Source: a virus
Reading direction: 5' to 3' (one strand)
Virus record (IMG/VR): IMGVR_UViG_3300025093_000012
Coordinates: 48,838-112,837 of that record
Length of the DNA: 64,000 nt
In this document: piece after piece, positions 21,501-28,965 of the stretch
Layout of the letters: each line of letters opens with the position of its first letter
How positions within the stretch are numbered: position 1 is the first letter of the stretch
Position numbers and translations under genes: made by a program
The notes under the pieces: model-generated
Database searches by the model: none
The model's input: only the letters and a program-made list of their open reading frames with translations
Told to the model about the DNA's origin: nothing

Positions 21501-21910
21501 TCTTCTGTCTCTTCTTCAGAATCAAATTTTGCATTAAATTCTTCTTCACTTTCACCTTCTGATCTAGTTGTATATACTTTACCATTCCAAGTAAAAGTTT
21601 TTTCACCTGCACTTTTAGCTGAGCTAAAGGCTTGACTAAATGATAAACCTGTTGCAGGATCAACACCACTTTGATTATCATCCTTACCTAGGGTATTCCA
21701 ATTGCCCTCCATATCTACAACAGCAGTTTGTGATACACCATTTGCATCAGTCCACATTGCTATACCATTCTCTATGACGGCATTATCTGGAACACCATTA
21801 CCATCAGAATCAGTTAAGTCAACTTCACTAGATCCTTCATCACCTTGAAATATAGGTAATGAACCACCTAGCTTTGCTAACATTAAATATGGATTGTTGT
21901 AAAAAAACAT
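18557..21910 (-). CDS. Modular virion cargo protein (1117 aa) with repeated xGGSL linkers
   Basis: Long ORF containing LAKLGGSLPIFQG, LARYGGSLPYYQ, KKMGGSLTKYQ and AQFGGGFYKPGGE, an FxxAFxxA..G..FTWNGKVYTT module, and acidic and Pro-rich linkers. Confidence 0.65.
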   Translation of the reverse strand: MFFYNNPYLMLAKLGGSLPIFQGDEGSSEVDLTDSDGNGVPDNAVIENGIAMWTDANGVSQTAVVDMEGNWNTLGKDDNQSGVDPATGLSFSQAFSSAKSAGEKTFTWNGKVYTTRSEGESEEEFNAKFDSEEETEDTDVTDITEEAEDEDDANQKIDAFNNKFRNPDQATILSGLGDNPFLELADAIGRGVKSFKGENYYDPGTKSDYMKFTVRNPTGEDLYYDKEDYFRMGYNPGKYLKDEEQVQEEEMMNFLEARRQNRPDMYGKVKDFDMDLFNLTGRGETFGRKGPGQGDLLEQKYSDAEYLGYTQRPDGSSVPYDYLVTGPGNVQLDGVDGIFVDKDFDKGSRPTGVDDSPEWQRSMKNPMNQPVQIPSRSVQPIPTNIPQPQLNPVPVPVITPTNSEMDYEPGQEDLPPMPNDLARYGGSLPYYQNRGEVEMIDVPGIKGVTIEDLYNPNTNKFVTTRETFRDRPTINDYNQSMRNRQVVLEEGSAGTPGAGWMFFPGGVTAGAAQTFINNNRTALENDPVSVGFSLTRPPGFARTITPMLSDSTIVYNTAYGTPGIALDAYEYTDAVAATPDVTGNVYDVFTTNAVPIAPPLYDGPMPKMKRPTVDMVRAENDLLSESFDPEANYFRVHDKDGALVDAGKIRMDRDWWYPLKYFHDNPDRDKTLNSGVFRRVNVDAEKDHEIVFYGMGLGTKYGYRHDNTNVRDTKSYSDFVESLPDVTPGYKAYKAKLDAAYDEAEKQGDTSKKMGGSLTKYQSLGEFGAPTQGTLQPTFSGYSLSGNQSTPFFTSGPTLNNPAGFLNQNVLFSQSTDDTYTPMSNARLYAMNQSVNRSLDEFQAFTADMNKRLENPSLMMNQVNTNPLQTPNVSFEPSEEFLQAKDMMDYTIAEGQGRVTSDGQVLMSSEQMQDVVDETSANLQSQVDSMPEYTGTQENLDRYDRSMELGFDGDLAAMDAYDAAEAEEAQMRSDRADLIDASSERPGFGTRAYNTMLRVADSKPVQTYTKVSDMLIDVAKPVTRIARQFNENRQRANIMNNAFLADNMFAATDADITGNKGNYDPNSGIFRPDDKVVVGTTQSAQFGGGFYKPGGEIEIDMNTYKQLVAAGAEIQIV

Positions 21911-21929
21911 ATAGTTACAGTTTACTTTA

Positions 21930-21938
21930 ATAATATAC
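21930..21938 (-). promoter_or_regulatory. Putative phage late promoter motif GTATATTAT
   Basis: Intergenic TTTAGTATATTATTAA about 20 nt before the 1117-aa gene; the same motif recurs in five other intergenic gaps. Confidence 0.55.
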
Positions 21939-21957
21939 TAAATTATCAGCAGATATA

Positions 21958-24900
21958 CTAATTATTAGGTGGAGTATTCATTCGGTTCATAACATCTAAA
22001 GCATTCATTTTAGTACCCTTGTAATCATTATAGTACATTCTATTAATCTTATCATATAATTTTTTAGCAGATTTAGATTGTTGAGTATTATCATAAACAC
22101 CACGTACATAGTCATTGTAAAATTGAATTTGATTTTGTAATCCAAATTCACCACCATAAGAAAACATAATAGGACGTAACATAGTTTTAGCAGATCTAGC
22201 CATCATATTTGTAAAAGTATCCCACGCCTCTTCAGTATTATCTTGAAATATCTCCCAATTAGATTTAGGCTCTTCTTTAGTAACAACTTTTTCATCCATG
22301 TTGTCAATGTTAGTTTCACTTAAAGTGACAATAGGTATATGGTTATTAACAAACCTTGCATAATTGTCTGCTTTCTTACCAGGCCTCCAAGTTTTGGCTA
22401 ATGAAGTATAAACATCAAAGTCTTCACTATTTTTATCTTCTCTACTAATTTGTGTTTGGTATCTATTACCTAATATTAATGCTGTAGCTATTGCAGATTT
22501 TTCTGGATCCATTAACTCACTATTATTAATATCAAATTGATGATATTGAGATATTGTATTTTCCCCATCATTATAAGAAAAGACTCTACCTTTAAAATCA
22601 TTTGCTTCAGCTATTTTATACTCGTCAGGAGAAAGTAAATCTATTTCAGCTTGAGATAATTTAGTTTCTATTGGTGTTGTAAAATTAGTTTCAAATCTCT
22701 TATCTGCCTCAGCAAGAAGTTCTCGTTCTCTTGGATCTGTATTACCATCAGCAACTCTTAACTGTGTCCACCCTACACTGCGGTAAGGCTCCTTTCCCTT
22801 TCCTGATATGTTATCATACTTTCTTTCTACAGAACCTGAACTTCCTTTACCAGTTACCGCTTTCCTTATTAATCTACTATAATCTGAAACCCAATTATTT
22901 CTGTCTCCCATACCACTTTCATAACCATATATACCAAATGCAGTAAGTGCTATATCATTATATAAATCACCATCTATATTTAGTATTTCCATCATGTCCT
23001 TTTTATTAGTAGCTAGTGCATTTAAAAAAGGTTTTGTAATTTCATTATATTCTTCAAGTCTATTACCTGCTGTTCCATCTATATAACCACTCTCCTCAGC
23101 AATGTCATTGTTATATTCAAACATTATAGGTTTGTAATTATATAAATTATTTATAGATGTATTTATACCTTGACCACCTTCTATCTCACCAATAACTTCT
23201 CCTTTAGAATTCAACTGATCATATGATGTTTCAGCTTTCTCAATATTTTCTTTAGATGCATACAAATTAAGTTTCCCATTTTCATACACAAAGGCATTAT
23301 CTTTATCTTCAGGTAAGACATACATCATAGTACCCACACCTACATCTGGGTTATCATATAATTCTTGTAAGTCAGTACATTTTCCATTAATACATCCGTT
23401 TGTTAATCTATTGTTGGTTCCGTCATTATCATATAGGTTACTAACTCTACCTCTTGTAACTCCATGAAATGCCATAGATTGACTAATACCATCTTCATTT
23501 TCAAAAGTGAATGAAGGAACATCTGCTCTAGTATCAGCTCCGTATGCTCTACCACCATCAGCTTTTGCAGAAGATATAGTATATACCCCAGCTCCAGTTT
23601 GTTTATTACCACTCTTCCAGTCTACCTTAGTTCTATATCCTGGAACTTTTATAAGCTCATCAATGGTACTAACACCATTATCTTTCATAGCTTCATTAAG
23701 CTCATCCTGAGATAATTGTTTTCCTTTATAGTATACTGCTACTTTAGTTACTGTAGCAGCATCTCCTGTTGCTTGACCAGTTAATACATCATATGATTGT
23801 CTTGGAGTTTCTTCACCTGGATAAAGAAGATGTATCTTACCTTTCTTTTCATCTAAAATTAAATACGCATTAGATGCTGTTCTATTAATAGTAAGTTTCT
23901 GCCCTACTCTTAGATTGTTTTGATTTTGTCTAGATATACCATTATCAGCCATAAGTCTCCCTAGACTAACTCCTTCTTTCTCAGCAATTTTTGTAAGATT
24001 GTCTCCTGCTTTTACTGTATATACTTTTTCTACTTTCTCTTCATCTACACCATACTCATCATTCATACCCTGAACAATAGTTTGAAATTGATCTAACTTA
24101 TTTATTTCTTGTATATTATTCTTTTTACCAGAAACACTACGCCATACACCATTTTCATCTTGTTCTCTTTTTACCCATACTTCATTAACAGGAGTTGTAT
24201 CATTTACAACAACTTCATCTATTGTAGTTATAGGTGATACTGCAGCAGCTTCTTGACTTTTAGTACTTTCAGTTTCTTCATATTGAGAATGTTGAGGAAT
24301 AATCAATTTTTGATTAACTAGTATTAAAGATGGATTAGTAATATTATTTAACTCAGCAATCTCTGCAACAGACACTTTATATCTATTAGCTATTGCACTA
24401 AGTGACTCACCTCTTTTAACTCTGTGTTTTAATACAGGATTGTTTGACTCAGCAATATCTTTACTATTAACGTCAAAAAATACTTGTTCTCCTGGACGGA
24501 TCATACCTTCTCTTCCTCTAAATGTAGGATTCAGATCTACAAGTTCTTTTAATGTAAGACCATTGTCTCTAGCAATTCTACCTAATGTATCTCCTGATTT
24601 AATAGTGTATGAACCACCAACTCTCATTATAACAGGTTCAATTAGTCCACGTTCCTCTAATTCCTTTTTAGCAATAGGAGATATTACACCACCCCTGTTA
24701 TACAAATCAAGTTGTTGCTTGAGTCTATTCATCTTTCTCATAAACTCACCACCACTCTTTTTATCTTCTAATACTCCTTTTCTAAATGTTTCAATATATT
24801 CATCTGGAGTCTTATTAGAATACTCTGCGTTCTCACCATACAATTTTGGGAATACAGTTTCTAATGATTTACCATCTCTAATGTGGTAACCAATATATTC

Positions 24901-27900
24901 TCTTGCTCCTTGTCTACCTAAAAAGTTAGATAATGCAGCAATGTCTAACATTGACATTCCATGATCAACATCTTTGTACTCATTATACACCTCTTCTCCA
25001 GCAAGTAACAATCCTGGAATACCTTCTAATTCACCATAAGCTCTTTTTCTAAATAGATCTTTTTGAAAGTCAGTGTCTTCTGCAAACTCTGCTCTTGTGC
25101 CATCATACTGATCTTTTACCTCACTCCATAACTGACCATATAAACCAGTTGCAGATGATTCAGGATTTAACATTAACACACCATTCAAACTTTCTGTGTG
25201 TCTTATACCACGCTCTAAGTCATCAAAACTTACTGTCTCTTCTCCTTCTTGTGCAGATCTCAAACTGCCTCCACGTTTTTTATTAGTCCAAGATTCTTGG
25301 AATACATACTCTTTAAGTGGAATAGCTCTTACAGAATGTGCATCATGTTCTAATGCTCCTTCAGTCTTATATGTTGCACCTTGATCTCCTGCATGTGAAA
25401 TAAGATCTTTTACATAATTTACTGAAAAAGGAAGTCTTCCCATTTCACGTAACTGTTGTGAGTGAGATAATTCCTCAAGTAAAATATCCATTAAAGCATA
25501 GGGTCCACCTTCCATGTAGTCTTCTGTAATAAATATATTACCTCCAGATGAAGCATCAGTCATAGGATTGACATGAGGAGCAACTCTTGACTCTTGTCCT
25601 GTTAGTCCTGCAGCCACATCCGTAACTTCTTGAAAGCTTGGTGAAAATCCTCCTAAAAATCCAGGTTCATAATCTGCACCTATATTAAGATTAGGTTGTC
25701 CTAGTTGATTCCAAACATCTATAAATCTATCATAAGTACCTTGGTCATATTGATAATCAATACCTTGTTCAAGTAAACCTAATACTCTATTTGTATTTGC
25801 ATCTTCAGTTTGACCATAGTAATCAGTAGTGTATCTTGTACCATCATAAACAAAACTTTGACCTGGTCCAAGATCTTTTCTTGCTTTTCCAAATGCATCA
25901 TCTTTATTAGATGCTTTACTTGTATAATCTTTTGGAGCAGAAATAGCATCAAATTCTCCTGAAAGAAATCCACCAACAGCTGATGCAGCATCTTCATAAC
26001 CTGCACCTCTTGTGTAGTTATATGGATTTGCATATGTTGATGCTAACTTACCTATATCATCATAACCTGTAGCCTCTTCTAATTTATTACTTAAATATTT
26101 ATTTACATCAGAATTTACAAATGCATCTTTAGCTCTATTATATAAAAAAGTCAAACCAAATCCTGTCTGTGCTTTAGGTAAATCACCACCTTCCTGATAA
26201 TACTTATTCATTATATTAATAAAGTTCTGTGGATCTTTAAGATTTAAATACTTACGCATACCAGATAAATCACCAGCTGTTTCAAAATGCTTTAATGTAT
26301 ATGGGTCAGATGGTTTAAGACCAAGTCTTAATCTTTCTTCCATCATTCTAGCTTTAATCTCAGTTGGTTGTGTATAATAACCAAAATCATACCTACCACT
26401 CTTTCCAGATTTACTAGATGATTTTAATAAATCTGTATTTACTAGTCCTTTTAAATCAGATCTTTGTTGTCTGCTTAATCTCCCACTTCCTGCATCCATA
26501 AAATGTGACCACTCATGAATATTTGTACCTTGTGTATTTCCAAAACTGCCAACTCTGTTGGTATAAAATTTATTTCCAAAGTTTCTTCCAGCTGCAGGAT
26601 GAAAATAAATACCTCCTGTATTAAGACTTTTATCTAAATAATTTTTGGTTGCATCAAATCTTCCTTTTAAAGTTCTTGGATAATCGGCAAACATATCTTT
26701 ACCTAATTGTAAGTATGTATTAGAAAATTTATTACCTGGTGCATTAGCAGCAATATCATCTATGCTTGGAAATTTAATATCTGGATACCTACCTAATACT
26801 TGTATACCATCATCTCTTACTGGTCTAGTAATCTTTAGTATATCATCATAACTTTGTCTATAGTTAATCTTATCATGTATAGTAGGTACATAACCTGATT
26901 CTAATGGATTACCTTTTGTAAACATAAAACCAGCAGGTCTATTCTGATTTAAACCTATTCTTAAATTACCTTGATTAAAGTCTCTTGCTAAACGTACCTG
27001 TTCAGTATTTACATATTTTTGATAAGCTGGATCATTTATATAATTCTCTACATATTTAAATGTTCCTTGATCAGTATTTGGTACACCTGATTTTATTTTT
27101 GAACGCTTTATTGCAAGATCAACATCTTTTATAATATTCTTTCCTGCTGTTTTTCCTGTTTGAACAATAGGCTTTCCTGCCTGTACACCTGCTGGAATAA
27201 AAGGTACTGCACCTAATGCATTAAATGCTGCATCAACATACTCTCCTTGTTTTAAATCATCTACAGCAGCATCACCATAACCAAGAAATGCAAATGGATT
27301 TAACACATCAAATGCATAATCATATGGGTTTCTATTTGGTACATCCATAGGAATTCTATCTGGAAGGTCCTGCCCTCTTACTAAATATCCTAATGTTGTC
27401 ATTGGATTTGCTAAATAGCTCATCCCTTTTTCTATTATGGATGGTTCTTCATAAGGTCTTATTTCTCCCTGATCTGGAGGTAAAGGAACTCCTTCCTCTT
27501 CTTGAAGTTGAATATTTGTATCTATTATAGGTGGCATTGCCACTCTTGTATTATCTGAAGGAGCAACATATGGTTCAATACCTAATTGTGCCATAGGCAA
27601 TGATCCACCTTTTTGATTCTTTGGTAATACTAAATACTCAGGACGGTGTGGTTCTCTTCCAAACAACCAGTTGTAATACTCAGCATCATATAACTTTTTT
27701 GTATGTTCTGAAGGTATATAACCGCCATCATCTTGCCAAGTGCCTCCTTGAAATCCATCTACATTATGATAGACAGATTGATTGCTAAATGTAGGATGAT
27801 TAGGTTTCTTCCATTTATCACTACCATGATTATCCTCATCCATTTTTTCAAAGTCACCAGACTTCCAAAAACCTTGTATATCATAAGCACCCATGTCCAT

Positions 27901-28965
27901 CATGATATCTCTACCCTGTCTTGCAGATTCAGACTTAACCCATTCTGTAAACTGTGTTAGCTCATCTTCTGTTAGATCAGTATTATACTTATCACGAAAC
28001 ATCATCTCAGGATCAAAATCACCACCCGCTTGAGCCATAAATAATTCACTCTGTTGAGAATCATCCATAGCAATATTATTTAATAACCAAATAAGATCAT
28101 CTTCTGAGTAGTTTTTTAAAAGTCTATTTTTAAGATAACTACTCTTAGATTTTCTTAATGTTTCTTTATCTATATCCTCTGTACCTGCATCATAAAGACC
28201 TTGTTGAAATAATTCAAACCTAAGAGCATTTAAATCTGATTTATTTTCATCAGGCTCTGTGTCATGACGTGTTTGTCCTTCATAGGTTTGTAGTCTAGAA
28301 ACTAATTCATCTATATCATATTGATTTAATCTATCTCCAGTTTTTCTATTAGGTTTAAAATTTTGTAATTCAGCATGCCCATATTCATGAGCTATTATAG
28401 AACTTCCATCACCATAACCATATTTTTCTGCATCGTCTGAATTATAAATTATAAGGTCATCAGATGGTGAATACATAGAACCATATGCACTATAAGGTTC
28501 ACCTTTATACATTTTTATTAATTGGTCAATAAATCCTGGTGTTCCGCGTTGAACCATATAACCAGTATCAGCTACTTGACTTGCTCTTAAATCTCTCTCA
28601 TCCTCTGGAAAATTATAACCAGATGACTGCAACCTTTCTAAATATTTAGGTGAGTTTATATAATTAAGAGTAAAATCTTTTGCATCACTATTTTGAAATA
28701 CTCTATTTGGATCTTGTGGTTCTAAAGCATCAAATAATTCTCCATAAAAACCTCCACCTCTCTGAACCAACGGAACTTCAAAAACAGAACTACCAGGAAA
28801 TGTATAGTTAGCACCTGGCATCATAACTCTGCTGTTACCTAAATTATCCATACCAAACACAGGAAAGTCTACATCTTTCATAGTTATATTACCTGATGGT
28901 ATTATATTATAAGGATTATTCTTATCCTTACTTGTTCTCTTATATCCGTCTTTACTGTACTTCAT
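21958..28965 (-). CDS. Polyvalent cargo protein (2335 aa): zincin peptidases, lysozyme/SLT-like domains, 3x LysM, L,D-transpeptidase (YkuD-like)
   Basis: HEYGH (28375-28389); HEWSH...PTEIKAR (26503-26517); EELSH...LEHDAH (25462-25476); IRHTES...SSATGLYGQ; LysM repeats YTIKSGDTLGRIA, HRVKRGESLSAIA, YTVKAGDNLTKIA; AFHG...RLTNGCIN; YGYESG...SVGWTQL. Confidence 0.8.
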   Translation of the reverse strand: MKYSKDGYKRTSKDKNNPYNIIPSGNITMKDVDFPVFGMDNLGNSRVMMPGANYTFPGSSVFEVPLVQRGGGFYGELFDALEPQDPNRVFQNSDAKDFTLNYINSPKYLERLQSSGYNFPEDERDLRASQVADTGYMVQRGTPGFIDQLIKMYKGEPYSAYGSMYSPSDDLIIYNSDDAEKYGYGDGSSIIAHEYGHAELQNFKPNRKTGDRLNQYDIDELVSRLQTYEGQTRHDTEPDENKSDLNALRFELFQQGLYDAGTEDIDKETLRKSKSSYLKNRLLKNYSEDDLIWLLNNIAMDDSQQSELFMAQAGGDFDPEMMFRDKYNTDLTEDELTQFTEWVKSESARQGRDIMMDMGAYDIQGFWKSGDFEKMDEDNHGSDKWKKPNHPTFSNQSVYHNVDGFQGGTWQDDGGYIPSEHTKKLYDAEYYNWLFGREPHRPEYLVLPKNQKGGSLPMAQLGIEPYVAPSDNTRVAMPPIIDTNIQLQEEEGVPLPPDQGEIRPYEEPSIIEKGMSYLANPMTTLGYLVRGQDLPDRIPMDVPNRNPYDYAFDVLNPFAFLGYGDAAVDDLKQGEYVDAAFNALGAVPFIPAGVQAGKPIVQTGKTAGKNIIKDVDLAIKRSKIKSGVPNTDQGTFKYVENYINDPAYQKYVNTEQVRLARDFNQGNLRIGLNQNRPAGFMFTKGNPLESGYVPTIHDKINYRQSYDDILKITRPVRDDGIQVLGRYPDIKFPSIDDIAANAPGNKFSNTYLQLGKDMFADYPRTLKGRFDATKNYLDKSLNTGGIYFHPAAGRNFGNKFYTNRVGSFGNTQGTNIHEWSHFMDAGSGRLSRQQRSDLKGLVNTDLLKSSSKSGKSGRYDFGYYTQPTEIKARMMEERLRLGLKPSDPYTLKHFETAGDLSGMRKYLNLKDPQNFINIMNKYYQEGGDLPKAQTGFGLTFLYNRAKDAFVNSDVNKYLSNKLEEATGYDDIGKLASTYANPYNYTRGAGYEDAASAVGGFLSGEFDAISAPKDYTSKASNKDDAFGKARKDLGPGQSFVYDGTRYTTDYYGQTEDANTNRVLGLLEQGIDYQYDQGTYDRFIDVWNQLGQPNLNIGADYEPGFLGGFSPSFQEVTDVAAGLTGQESRVAPHVNPMTDASSGGNIFITEDYMEGGPYALMDILLEELSHSQQLREMGRLPFSVNYVKDLISHAGDQGATYKTEGALEHDAHSVRAIPLKEYVFQESWTNKKRGGSLRSAQEGEETVSFDDLERGIRHTESLNGVLMLNPESSATGLYGQLWSEVKDQYDGTRAEFAEDTDFQKDLFRKRAYGELEGIPGLLLAGEEVYNEYKDVDHGMSMLDIAALSNFLGRQGAREYIGYHIRDGKSLETVFPKLYGENAEYSNKTPDEYIETFRKGVLEDKKSGGEFMRKMNRLKQQLDLYNRGGVISPIAKKELEERGLIEPVIMRVGGSYTIKSGDTLGRIARDNGLTLKELVDLNPTFRGREGMIRPGEQVFFDVNSKDIAESNNPVLKHRVKRGESLSAIANRYKVSVAEIAELNNITNPSLILVNQKLIIPQHSQYEETESTKSQEAAAVSPITTIDEVVVNDTTPVNEVWVKREQDENGVWRSVSGKKNNIQEINKLDQFQTIVQGMNDEYGVDEEKVEKVYTVKAGDNLTKIAEKEGVSLGRLMADNGISRQNQNNLRVGQKLTINRTASNAYLILDEKKGKIHLLYPGEETPRQSYDVLTGQATGDAATVTKVAVYYKGKQLSQDELNEAMKDNGVSTIDELIKVPGYRTKVDWKSGNKQTGAGVYTISSAKADGGRAYGADTRADVPSFTFENEDGISQSMAFHGVTRGRVSNLYDNDGTNNRLTNGCINGKCTDLQELYDNPDVGVGTMMYVLPEDKDNAFVYENGKLNLYASKENIEKAETSYDQLNSKGEVIGEIEGGQGINTSINNLYNYKPIMFEYNNDIAEESGYIDGTAGNRLEEYNEITKPFLNALATNKKDMMEILNIDGDLYNDIALTAFGIYGYESGMGDRNNWVSDYSRLIRKAVTGKGSSGSVERKYDNISGKGKEPYRSVGWTQLRVADGNTDPRERELLAEADKRFETNFTTPIETKLSQAEIDLLSPDEYKIAEANDFKGRVFSYNDGENTISQYHQFDINNSELMDPEKSAIATALILGNRYQTQISREDKNSEDFDVYTSLAKTWRPGKKADNYARFVNNHIPIVTLSETNIDNMDEKVVTKEEPKSNWEIFQDNTEEAWDTFTNMMARSAKTMLRPIMFSYGGEFGLQNQIQFYNDYVRGVYDNTQQSKSAKKLYDKINRMYYNDYKGTKMNALDVMNRMNTPPNN

